Positions 1 through 8,818 of a DNA stretch of 64,000 bases are shown piece after piece (position 1 is the first letter of the stretch; every line of letters starts with the position of its first letter). Origin of the DNA: an uncultured Candidatus Saccharibacteria bacterium (GTDB taxonomy: Bacteria > Patescibacteriota > Saccharimonadia > Saccharimonadales > Saccharimonadaceae); NCBI GenBank assembly GCA_963529085.1, contig CAURWW010000004.1, forward strand, positions 1,504 through 65,503, given 5' to 3'. The notes beneath the pieces were generated by a model, which searched no databases, was not told where the DNA came from, and was given only the letters and a program-made list of their open reading frames with translations. The position numbers and the translations under genes were made by a program.

Positions 1-185
1 TCTTGACCGATAATTACGACCTTAGTTTTTTCAAGCGGGCATTTTTCGAAACAGGAAAAGATTTCTTCGCGAGATGGAAAAATCTCTTTCGAAATACGCT
101 CACGTTCAACTTTTCGCCACAAAGTTTTAAAATACGGCTTGGTGGCTTCGTTTTCAATAAACTCTCGCCAAGAGGTCATTTTCAT
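1..185 (-). CDS. ung: Uracil-DNA glycosylase family 1, 5' part only (runs off the window edge; absent from the ORF track)
   Basis: Manual translation from ATG at 185: [61 protein letters not shown](D). This matches the UNG N-terminus leading into the KVVIxGQDPY catalytic motif. Confidence 0.9.
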   Translation of the reverse strand, partial: MKMTSWREFIENEATKPYFKTLWRKVERERISKEIFPSREEIFSCFEKCPLEKTKVVIIGQ

Positions 186-259
186 ACCAAAATATTACCA
201 CAACCGCGATCAAATTTCAATACTTCAAATTTATACAAATTTCTGGTATAATATTTTAT

Positions 260-1339
260 ATGCCAAAAATTGATCTAAATCTTGATAAACTTAAAATTGA
301 GCGCGAAGAAATTCAGGCTTTTTTGAGCGAGCCAAACGCTTATTCTTCGCCTGATTTTTCTGCCAAAAATAAGCGATTCACCGAACTTGAAAAAATTATT
401 GAACGTGGTGAAATGCGTGAAAATCTTGAAAAAAATATCGAAGAAGCGCGCGAACTTGCTAGTCTTGAAACGGGTGAGCTTGCTGAACTTGCTAAAATGG
501 AAATTGCCGAAAGCGAAGAAAAACTTGCCAATCTTGAGCAAGAGCTTTTCGAAATGCTTCTCCCTAAAGATCCAAACGACGAAAAGAACGTGATTGTTGA
601 AATCCGTGCAGGAGCCGGTGGCGACGAAGCTTCCCTTTTTGCGAGCGAACTTTACCGAATGTATCTGCGATATTGCGAACAAAATGGCTTGAAAACCGAA
701 CTTTTGAGTGAATCTGCAAACGATGCTGGCGGCTATAAAGAAGTTGTTTTTGGAGTAAAGGGCGACGCACCTTATTCAAAATTAAAATTTGAAAGTGGCG
801 TTCATCGAGTTCAGCGCATTCCAGCCACCGAATCTCAGGGGCGAATTCATACTTCAACCGTAACAATAGCAGTTTTGCCCGAAGCTGAAGAAGCTGATAT
901 TGAAATCAATCCTAATGATTTGCGAATCGATGTTTATCGCTCGGGTGGTCATGGTGGCCAGAGTGTGAACACGACCGATTCTGCCGTACGAATTACCCAC
1001 ATTCCAACTGGTATGGTGGTTACGAACCAAGATGAAAAATCACAAATTAAAAACAAGGAGAAAGCCCTTGGAATTTTGCGTGCACGCCTACTTCAAGCTA
1101 AAATTGATGAAGAAAACGCCAAGCTTATTGCCGAACGCCGCAGCCTAATTGGCTCTGGCGATCGCTCAGAAAAAATTCGAACCTATAACTTCCCGCAAGA
1201 TCGTATCACCGACCACAGAATCGGCTTTTCACGGAGTAATATTCCTGGCGCAATGAGTGGTCAAATCTCTGATATATTCGATCATCTCCAAGCTGCTGAG
1301 CTTGAAATGCTCGCTGCCAACGCATCGGAGCAAAATTAA
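260..1339 (+). CDS. prfA: Peptide chain release factor 1
   Basis: GGQ motif (GHGGQSVN), PxT specificity motif (RIPATES), GVHRVQR; directly followed by prmC. Confidence 0.98.
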   Translation: MPKIDLNLDKLKIEREEIQAFLSEPNAYSSPDFSAKNKRFTELEKIIERGEMRENLEKNIEEARELASLETGELAELAKMEIAESEEKLANLEQELFEMLLPKDPNDEKNVIVEIRAGAGGDEASLFASELYRMYLRYCEQNGLKTELLSESANDAGGYKEVVFGVKGDAPYSKLKFESGVHRVQRIPATESQGRIHTSTVTIAVLPEAEEADIEINPNDLRIDVYRSGGHGGQSVNTTDSAVRITHIPTGMVVTNQDEKSQIKNKEKALGILRARLLQAKIDEENAKLIAERRSLIGSGDRSEKIRTYNFPQDRITDHRIGFSRSNIPGAMSGQISDIFDHLQAAELEMLAANASEQN

Positions 1340-1344
1340 TTTAT

Positions 1345-2175
1345 ATGCGAGAAAATATAAAATCCTGGCTACAATCCGCAAGTCAAAAGCTAAAAAATGC
1401 CGAAATAGCAAGTGCAGATCTTGATGCTGAGCTAATTTTGGCAAGAGTTCTAGACACAGAGCGTACGACTCTCCATGCTTATCCAAACCGAAGACTAACT
1501 CGCCAGCAAGTTTTTCATGCTAATAATTGGCTCAACAAACGATTAAAACGAATACCCCTAGCCTATATTTTTCACGAAAAAGAATTTTTTGGACGAAAAT
1601 TTTATATTAACGAATCGGTACTCGTCCCTCGCCCTGAAACCGAAACCCTGATTGAAGTCACAAAAGAACTCGCCCAGAATGACGATAAAATTCTCGATAT
1701 TGGTACAGGATCAGGAATTATTCCCGCTACTTTAAAACTTGAACTCCCGAAAACTGTTGAAATTTTTGCAAGCGATATTTCACTTCACGCTTTAGCTGTT
1801 GCAAATTTAAACATCAAAAGCCTCACCAGCAAAGAAATTCAGCTTTTTGAAAGCAACTTATTAGACAAAATCCCCAGCGAAATATTATCTCAAATCACAA
1901 TATTAACAGCTAATTTACCTTATGTTGATCGAAACTGGGTTAATTTTGAAGCTCAAAACGAACTACATCACGAGCCGCAAATCGCTCTATATGCCGAAAA
2001 AAATGGCTTAGAATTAATCTTCTCGCTTCTTGAGCAAGCACATTTTCTCCCCAATCTTCGAACGATTATCCTAGAAGCTGACCCTCAACAGTTTGAGCAA
2101 ATCGAACAAAAAGCTGCTCAATTAGGCTTCCAAAAAATCAAATCAAAAGATTATATAATTGCTTTTTCGAAATAA
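1345..2175 (+). CDS. prmC: Release factor glutamine methyltransferase (HemK/PrmC)
   Basis: VLVPRPETE, LDIGTGSG SAM motif, ANLPY (NPPY variant); adjacent to prfA. Confidence 0.96.
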   Translation: MRENIKSWLQSASQKLKNAEIASADLDAELILARVLDTERTTLHAYPNRRLTRQQVFHANNWLNKRLKRIPLAYIFHEKEFFGRKFYINESVLVPRPETETLIEVTKELAQNDDKILDIGTGSGIIPATLKLELPKTVEIFASDISLHALAVANLNIKSLTSKEIQLFESNLLDKIPSEILSQITILTANLPYVDRNWVNFEAQNELHHEPQIALYAEKNGLELIFSLLEQAHFLPNLRTIILEADPQQFEQIEQKAAQLGFQKIKSKDYIIAFSK

Positions 2176-2188
2176 ATTATAAATGACC

Positions 2189-2222
2189 AAAAGTCCTACA
2201 GATCCAATACTGCAGGACTTTT
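2189..2222. terminator. Bidirectional intrinsic terminator between convergent prmC and ileS
   Basis: AAAAGTCCTaCAG-loop-CTGcAGGACTTTT inverted repeat with A/T tails. Confidence 0.75.
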
Positions 2223-2244
2223 ATATATCGTACAATTTGCTAGG

Positions 2245-5142
2245 CTATGCTTTTCGGAGAGAGATTTTAGCTTCTTTGCCCTCAATCTTTACGGCTTGCG
2301 AGAACTCAAGCTCATCGTTAGAAATATCAGTTTTTGCAGCTAGAACTTCTTTTGCAATTTCTTGTTCAAATTTTTTGAACGCATTAAGAAGATCAGCGTT
2401 TTCAGACGTAAAGTTAAGCTCAATTCGATCGTCGACATTTAGGCCAGCTTTTTTACGCGCTGCCTGAATATGGCGAATAATCTCACGCATCAAGCCTTCT
2501 GCACGAAGCTCAGGAGTTAATTCAAAATTAAATTCAACATCCTCACCACCAAACTCAACACTTTTAACGTTTAATTCTTCCATCAAAATTGGCGCGAAAT
2601 CAAAAGATTTTGCATTTTGCGGAACTTTTACACTGGCTAGCGGCTGGCGAATTTTTACGCCATTTTTTGCTCGAAGCGCAAGAGCTTCATTCACATAACC
2701 ACGAACTTCAGCCATTTCAGCAAGTAAGCTCTCATCAATCTCGCCAGCTTCTGGCCAATCTTTCAAATGAACTGAGCCATCACCAACCATTTTACCCCAA
2801 AGTTCTTCCGCCAAGAAAGGCACAAATGGAGCAAGAATCAACGCAAGATAGCTCAAAATATAGTGGAGCGTTTGATAGGCCTGAAGTTTATCGGCACCAT
2901 TTTCGCTCTTCCAGAAACGACGTCGTGAACGGCGTACAAACCAATTTGAAGCATCATCGAGGAACGGCAAAACACCTTCAAGAGCACGCGGAATATTATA
3001 AACATTCATATTTTCAGTAATTTCATTTCGAAGCTCGTGAACGCGGCTCACGATCCATTTATCAAGTGGATTTTCCAGATCTTTCGAAGGATCTTTGAGT
3101 TCGCCGTTAAATTCCCAACCGTCAACACTTGCATACATTGTGAAGAAATCATACATATTCCAAATCATTGAAAGCTTACGCGCAACGTCCGAAACATCCT
3201 TATCGTGAAGCGCAAAATCTTCACCGTTCAAAAGCGGACTCGTTAACAACAAGAATCGCAAACTATCGGCAGAATATTGGTCCATTAGCTCGTTCGGGTC
3301 TGTGTAATTACCGAGCGATTTACTCATCTTGCGACCGTCATTTCCAGCGACAACACCAGTTGTAATCACATTTTTGAAGGCGTTTTTACCAAACAAAGCA
3401 GTGTTTACGGCATGAACATAATAAAACCACGCACGAACCTGACCAATATATTCAACAATAAAGTCACCCGGGAAATTCTTTTCGAATTTTTCTTTATTTT
3501 CGAAAGGATAATGAAATTGCGCAAATGGCATTGAACCACTTTCAAACCAACAGTCAAGTACTTTGTCAATACGAGTGTATTTTTCGCCATCAATTTCAAA
3601 AGTAATTTCATCAACCCAAGGTCGGTGATAATCTTCAAGTTCCACGCCACTCAACTCTTTAAGCTCAGCATAAGAACCAACCACGCGAATCTTGCCGCTT
3701 TCAGATTTCCAAACTGGCATTGCCGTCGCCCAGAAACGGTCGCGCGACAAATTCCAATCTGGTGCAGCTTCAAGATTTTTTTCGAAACGGCCGTGCTTCA
3801 AGTGCGCTGGGAACCAATTGATGTTTTCATTCTGCTCGAGCATTAATTCTTTTTGTCCTTGAATATCAAAGAACCAGCTTGGGTGTGCACGATACATCAA
3901 GCGCTGGCCTGTTCGTGGATTATGTGGATATTCGTGCCGAATGTAATCGATTCTCCAAACCACGCCACGCTCTTTCAAAATTTTGGCAAGTGGCTTATTA
4001 AATTCCCACACATCTTCACCAGCAAATTCACCATTAATATATTTGCCGTATTCATCCAAAACGTGAAAAACTGGAATTCCATATTTTTTACCAAAGTTGA
4101 AGTCTTCTTCACCATATGCTGGTGCCGAGTGAACGATTCCCGTTCCGCTTTCGAGAGAAACGTAATCTGCGCCCCATACTCTATAAGCATTCTCTTCACC
4201 TTCGCCAGAATATTTCGAATCTTCAAAAAGTGGTTCATAGCTCAAACCAATCAGTTCCGCACCATCGATCAAATTGACAATTTCGAAAGGAATTGGTTGC
4301 TTTTTCTCGTCAACAAAAACTTTCTCGAGCAAGTCTTTCGCTAAAATAAAGAATTCATCACCAACTTTTACCTTTGCGTAAGTAATTTCAGGATTAACAA
4401 ACAAGCCCATATTTGCTGGCAAAGTCCAAGGAGTTGTTGTCCAGGCGAGCATTGCAGTTTTATCTTTTGAACCTTCTGCATCTTCGAAATCTTTCAACCA
4501 AAACTTCACAAAAACGCTTGGGTCGGTCACAGTTTTATAGGCGTCGTTATCCATGGTAACTTCACTTTTCGAAAGTGGAGTTGCCCACGCCGTGTCATAC
4601 ATCAAAACGCGTTCACCTTCGTAAATTTTACCCTTTTCATAAAGAGTCTTGAACGCCCACCAGACAGACTCCATAAAATCTTTATCCATCGTTTTGTAAG
4701 CATTTTTAAACTCAACCCAACGACCAATACGATCAATCGTATTTTCCCAAAGTGCTGCATTCGAAACCATGCTTTCGCGCGCAGTTGTGATATATTCGGC
4801 GAGCGAAATTTTTTCACCAACTTCGTGCCGAGAAGTGATACCGAGCTTTTTCTCAACAAAGTTTTCTGCCGGCAAACCGTGAGTGTCCCAACCCCAACGA
4901 CGCTCAACTCTTTTGCCGAGCATCGTTTGATAACGCGGAACGGCATCTTTTACGATTGAGCTAAGGAGTGTTCCGTGGTGTGGCACACCTGTGATAAATG
5001 GAGGGCCATCATAAAACACGAAAGTGTTGTCTTCACTACGGTTTTCGATTGATTGCTCGAAAGTTTTTTCTGCTTTCCACCGTGCCAAAACATCGGCTTC
5101 ATATTCTTTTGCTCGTCTTCTTGAATTTGCTTGAAATTTCAT
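2245..5142 (-). CDS. ileS: Isoleucine--tRNA ligase, type 2 (IleRS2-like)
   Basis: FYDGPPF, HIGH-like PHHGT, WTTTPWTLP editing motif, DWNLSRDRFW, KMSKS, C-terminal RxIQxxRKxAGLxVxDRI typical of IleRS2; upstream Ile T-box. Confidence 0.96.
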   Translation of the reverse strand: MKFQANSRRRAKEYEADVLARWKAEKTFEQSIENRSEDNTFVFYDGPPFITGVPHHGTLLSSIVKDAVPRYQTMLGKRVERRWGWDTHGLPAENFVEKKLGITSRHEVGEKISLAEYITTARESMVSNAALWENTIDRIGRWVEFKNAYKTMDKDFMESVWWAFKTLYEKGKIYEGERVLMYDTAWATPLSKSEVTMDNDAYKTVTDPSVFVKFWLKDFEDAEGSKDKTAMLAWTTTPWTLPANMGLFVNPEITYAKVKVGDEFFILAKDLLEKVFVDEKKQPIPFEIVNLIDGAELIGLSYEPLFEDSKYSGEGEENAYRVWGADYVSLESGTGIVHSAPAYGEEDFNFGKKYGIPVFHVLDEYGKYINGEFAGEDVWEFNKPLAKILKERGVVWRIDYIRHEYPHNPRTGQRLMYRAHPSWFFDIQGQKELMLEQNENINWFPAHLKHGRFEKNLEAAPDWNLSRDRFWATAMPVWKSESGKIRVVGSYAELKELSGVELEDYHRPWVDEITFEIDGEKYTRIDKVLDCWFESGSMPFAQFHYPFENKEKFEKNFPGDFIVEYIGQVRAWFYYVHAVNTALFGKNAFKNVITTGVVAGNDGRKMSKSLGNYTDPNELMDQYSADSLRFLLLTSPLLNGEDFALHDKDVSDVARKLSMIWNMYDFFTMYASVDGWEFNGELKDPSKDLENPLDKWIVSRVHELRNEITENMNVYNIPRALEGVLPFLDDASNWFVRRSRRRFWKSENGADKLQAYQTLHYILSYLALILAPFVPFLAEELWGKMVGDGSVHLKDWPEAGEIDESLLAEMAEVRGYVNEALALRAKNGVKIRQPLASVKVPQNAKSFDFAPILMEELNVKSVEFGGEDVEFNFELTPELRAEGLMREIIRHIQAARKKAGLNVDDRIELNFTSENADLLNAFKKFEQEIAKEVLAAKTDISNDELEFSQAVKIEGKEAKISLRKA

Positions 5143-5150
5143 TCTTCCTC

Positions 5151-6080
5151 CTATGAATTTACTTTATAACTTAGCTTCATCATTTCTTTTGCGATTTCTA
5201 ATTGGTCAATATTATTTATTTTTATTTGATAACAGCCGGTAGCCCAATGTCCTTTTTTCGAAACATCTTCAATATCGGAATATATTTTTGGATCAAAATC
5301 AGAAAGTTCAATATTAAGATTTAAATATAGAGAGTTTTTCTGAACAATAATACTAAAAATATTTTTCTTTCTAACTTTGAAAGCCAAATATGTCTTCTTT
5401 ACATCCGGTTGAATTTCTGGACTAATATTCTCAGCAAAATCTTTGAGCTCCCAGTAAAATTCTTGAATAAAATCTGAACCTTTTGAAACCAACTCATCTT
5501 CGCTGTAGTGGATGATTTCCTTAAGCACGGTTTTCTCATCTTTACTATTATTCGTTATATTCACTCGGCTCTTTTGATCTCTTCCCTTTTTCATACCCTT
5601 TTGTAAGTACTCCACGATATCGCCATATTTCCTAAATTCATATAGTTCAACTGGGAAATTCTCGGTAGTATATTCGCTTGCTCTAAGCTGATATTCGGTA
5701 AATTTTGGAGAGATAAGAATTACACGTGATTGAGACCAATCAATTTCTGGTATTCCTCCTCCATTTTTCTCAATAAATTTCAAAATGAAAGCTTCTTTAT
5801 TTTTCAGCATTAATGATAAGTAAGCAAGACCCTGATCTGCAACAGAATCACTTTTAATCTTTTTATATTCAATGATCACAAAGCTATTACTCTCATTATC
5901 AAACGCCAAAGTATCTATCCGCAGGTTATCAACAGCAAATTCCGTTTCTATAAATCTTAGGCCAAAAACCTCTTCAAGGTTATCCTCAGTCATTTTCTGA
6001 ATATCTTTCTCAAGATATTTTTGAGAAACATTCTCTTGTTTAATAGCTGTTAATTTTTTATTATTCAATCTATAAAGCAT
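5151..6080 (-). CDS. Putative nuclease: N-terminal NucS/DUF91-like PD-(D/E)xK domain plus C-terminal DUF5655-like domain
   Basis: LEKDIQ...RIDTLAFD...FVIIEYKK...VADQGLAY nuclease-type motif; C-terminal DVSKKGHWATG. Likely start is the ATG at 6080 behind AGGGAAGGG, not the GTG at 6110. Confidence 0.75.
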   Translation of the reverse strand: MLYRLNNKKLTAIKQENVSQKYLEKDIQKMTEDNLEEVFGLRFIETEFAVDNLRIDTLAFDNESNSFVIIEYKKIKSDSVADQGLAYLSLMLKNKEAFILKFIEKNGGGIPEIDWSQSRVILISPKFTEYQLRASEYTTENFPVELYEFRKYGDIVEYLQKGMKKGRDQKSRVNITNNSKDEKTVLKEIIHYSEDELVSKGSDFIQEFYWELKDFAENISPEIQPDVKKTYLAFKVRKKNIFSIIVQKNSLYLNLNIELSDFDPKIYSDIEDVSKKGHWATGCYQIKINNIDQLEIAKEMMKLSYKVNS

Positions 6081-6101
6081 GCTCTTACCCTTCCCTAAAT
6101 T

Positions 6102-6275
6102 AAAAATCACCTCTTTCGAATTCGAGAACCAAGCGAGCTCGGCGATACCATCTCGATTCCAAAAGAAGTGATTCTTTTAGCTCTTAATTTTAGCTTTTAC
6201 GGAGCTTGCCCGCCCAGTTCTAATCAGCTTTCGAAACCTTTCTTCTGGGAGCTTCGCGGTTGATAGCCGCTCATT
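6102..6275 (-). ncRNA. Ile T-box riboswitch, ultrashort stem I (actinobacterial ileS-like class)
   Basis: Minus strand reads GAGCGGCT-ATC-AACCGCGAAGC (short stem I, AUC specifier at 6264-6262), CCCAGAAGAAAGG...ATTAGAACTGGG (stem II), CGGGCAAGCTCCG (stem IIA/B), then the T-box GAGA-TGGTATC-GCCGAG with a 7-nt UGGN bulge. Lies upstream of the ileS operon. Confidence 0.88.
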
Positions 6276-6397
6276 TATTCAAAATAAAACGCTTTTATTA
6301 ACTTATTTTATCAAAATTTAAAGACATCTTCAAGCTTTTAGGTGTTTTTCCCTAATAATTTAAAATATGATATAATGAATACATAGACGGAGTAAAT

Positions 6398-6634
6398 ATG
6401 AGAAAACGAACTCTATACGAAATAGCTCAAGATAACGAATGGGAACTTCCCAAAGAAGAATACGATAGACTAATAGCATACAAGCGACGAGCTTACGATG
6501 TCTTAATCGAACTTGTGGAAGGAAAAACCATAGGTGAGCGAGAAGAAAACATGAATAAACTGTCTTACTTAGAAAAAGTTAAAATGGTGGAGGATTATGA
6601 AAACAGTCACAATAATGAAATACAGAATCAATAA
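6398..6634 (+). CDS. Small hypothetical protein (78 aa)
   Basis: TGaTATAAT extended -10 and GGAG SD upstream; no recognisable motif. Confidence 0.6.
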   Translation: MRKRTLYEIAQDNEWELPKEEYDRLIAYKRRAYDVLIELVEGKTIGEREENMNKLSYLEKVKMVEDYENSHNNEIQNQ

Positions 6635-6779
6635 CAAATATTTCTTCAAGGTTTTAGATAAATTCGATATTCCAGATGAAGTAGAGCGTTTAGATGAAAT
6701 GATTAGAATTTCTAAGGAATTAGCATCTCAATACAAAGACTACGAACAACTCTGGATCAAAGAAACAGTCTTGTTTTAA
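6597..6779 (+). CDS. Small hypothetical protein (about 60 aa) overlapping the previous ORF
   Basis: GGAGGA SD-like sequence just before ATG 6597; charged helical composition. Confidence 0.45.
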   Translation: MKTVTIMKYRINNKYFFKVLDKFDIPDEVERLDEMIRISKELASQYKDYEQLWIKETVLF

Positions 6780-6858
6780 CAAAATAATAGAAGAATAAAT
6801 GCAGTTACAACTTTAAGAACAAAACAATAAATAAAAAATATATCAAATTTCTAATAAC

Positions 6859-7119
6859 TTAGCGCGCATAATATGCAACCTCATCAATTAGTGGCAATGG
6901 TCGCCCACGCCACATCTGTAAAAGACGACCATCGTCAGCAATCGCTAAGATTGTTGGATATTCAACGATATCATAAGCTTGCAAAAAGAATTGGTTTTCA
7001 GCCAGTTCAGGATATCGCACTTCAATTTCAATCCCAGTTCTTCGTTCAAACTCACCTAAATACTCACGCATTTCACGCGCATGATCACTCGCGTCTTTAT
7101 AAATCGCAACTATTTTCAT
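6859..7119 (-). CDS. Small thioredoxin-fold-like hypothetical protein without CxxC
   Basis: YDIVEYPTILAIADDG resembles the thioredoxin cis-Pro region; 4-nt overlap with the nrdR stop. Confidence 0.6.
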   Translation of the reverse strand: MKIVAIYKDASDHAREMREYLGEFERRTGIEIEVRYPELAENQFFLQAYDIVEYPTILAIADDGRLLQMWRGRPLPLIDEVAYYAR

Positions 7120-7550
7120 TTTTCTCTAACTTTCTCTAAAATCTCCTCAAAATCTTCGAGTGTCTGAAAACCATTAAACACACTAGCAAATCGAATATAA
7201 GCAACTTTATTAATCTTAATCAGAGCGTTTAAAACTTCTTCACCAATCTGATGAGAAGAAACTTTATTTGATTTTTTGAGTAAATTATTCTCTACTCGGT
7301 TAATGATTTCCTCGACTTGTAAATCTGAAATAAATTTTCCGATAGAACGAATAATTGAGCTTTTGAGTTTTTCTCGATCAAACTCTTCTCTACCACCGTG
7401 ACTTTTTAAAACAATCAGCCGCGGTTTTTCGACCCGTTCATAAGTAGTAAAACGAACTCCATCAGGCGAAACTCTCCGTCTACGAATAGACTGGCCATCC
7501 GCAGACATTCTACTTTCAAGAACTTTTGTTTCGTCGAGGATATATTCCAC
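7116..7550 (-). CDS. nrdR: Transcriptional repressor NrdR (Cys-free variant)
   Basis: TKVLESR...IRRRR...RFTTYER, ATP cone (VLKSHGGREEFDREKL), VAYIRFASVF. Confidence 0.93.
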   Translation of the reverse strand: MEYILDETKVLESRMSADGQSIRRRRVSPDGVRFTTYERVEKPRLIVLKSHGGREEFDREKLKSSIIRSIGKFISDLQVEEIINRVENNLLKKSNKVSSHQIGEEVLNALIKINKVAYIRFASVFNGFQTLEDFEEILEKVREK

Positions 7551-8785
7551 TATTTTTCCTTATTCTGTCGATCTCTTCTACGCAAAAAAGCAGGTTTTTC
7601 TAGCTCGTCGTCATCTAATTCTGGAGTATTCCAAATACTACCGCCCTGGATTTCGCCAGTAAAATTAGCAGCCGAATCTCCATGAGTGTTATCTAATTCC
7701 ATATCAATAGCGGTCGATAGATGATCGTCAAGGCTATTTTCAGTAGAATTATTATTTTTTTCAATATTAAGATCATGTGAAATGATATTATCTAAAGCAT
7801 TCTGTTGAGGATTAGAAAAATCGCCATATTCACGGTCGAAACCGGTTGCCACAACCGTAATCACAAGCTCATCTTCAAGTTCAGGTTTGAGCGTTGCACC
7901 AAAGATGATATTTGCATCTGGAGCTACAGCGCGAGTAATAGTTTCAGCAGCGTCTTGAATTTCACTCATACTCATATCGTAGCCACCAGCAACATTGAAG
8001 AGAACACCGCGTGCGCCATCAATTGAAACCTCGATCATTGGGCTCTCGATTGCCTGTTCGGCAGCTTTAATCGCACGATCTTCACCACTAGCACGGCCAA
8101 TTCCCATCAATGCAGAGCCAGCGTTGGTCATAATTGATTTAACGTCCGCAAAGTCAAGATTGATCAAACCATGTTCAGTTATAAGTTCCGATATTCCCTG
8201 AACACCCTGACGAAGAACATCATCGGCTATCTTAAATGTTTCAAGTAGAGGCATATTACGATCTATGGTCTGAAGAAGACGATCATTAGGGATAGTAATA
8301 AGAGTATCTACAACAGCCGCCAACCTATCAATAGCCCAATCTGCATTCTTTTTACGTTTAGCGCCCTCGAAAGCAAACGGCCTAGTTGCAACACCAATTG
8401 TCAAAATACCCATCTCTCGAGCAATCTCAGCTACCACATGACCAGCTCCAGAACCAGTCCCACCGCCTGCGCCGATAGTAATAAAGACCATATCTGCACC
8501 TTTAAGAGCTTCTTGGATTTCTTCCCTAGATTCATTTGCTGCAGTTTCTCCCACGATAGGATCTGCACCAGCACCAAGCCCATTCGTAGTCTCTTTTCCA
8601 AGATGAATTTTAGTGTCAGCCTTAGAATTATAAAGCGCCTGAGCATCTGTATTCATCGCGATGAATTCAATATTATTGAGACCAACGTCTTTCATTCGGT
8701 TTACAGCACTACCACCAGCACCACCAATTCCCACAACCTTAATCTTAGCAAATGTCTGAACTTCTTCTGGTTTAATTTCCGGCAT
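7550..8785 (-). CDS. ftsZ: Cell division protein FtsZ
   Basis: GGGTGSG tubulin signature, NLDFADV, C-terminal LEKPAFLRR. Confidence 0.99.
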   Translation of the reverse strand: MPEIKPEEVQTFAKIKVVGIGGAGGSAVNRMKDVGLNNIEFIAMNTDAQALYNSKADTKIHLGKETTNGLGAGADPIVGETAANESREEIQEALKGADMVFITIGAGGGTGSGAGHVVAEIAREMGILTIGVATRPFAFEGAKRKKNADWAIDRLAAVVDTLITIPNDRLLQTIDRNMPLLETFKIADDVLRQGVQGISELITEHGLINLDFADVKSIMTNAGSALMGIGRASGEDRAIKAAEQAIESPMIEVSIDGARGVLFNVAGGYDMSMSEIQDAAETITRAVAPDANIIFGATLKPELEDELVITVVATGFDREYGDFSNPQQNALDNIISHDLNIEKNNNSTENSLDDHLSTAIDMELDNTHGDSAANFTGEIQGGSIWNTPELDDDELEKPAFLRRRDRQNKEK

Positions 8786-8818
8786 AAATACTCCTTTATT
8801 CCTCCCTATTATATCATG

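Noticed and set aside
3..251. + strand 82-aa ORF in the track
   Set aside because: It is the antisense shadow of ung, which is the real gene on the minus strand
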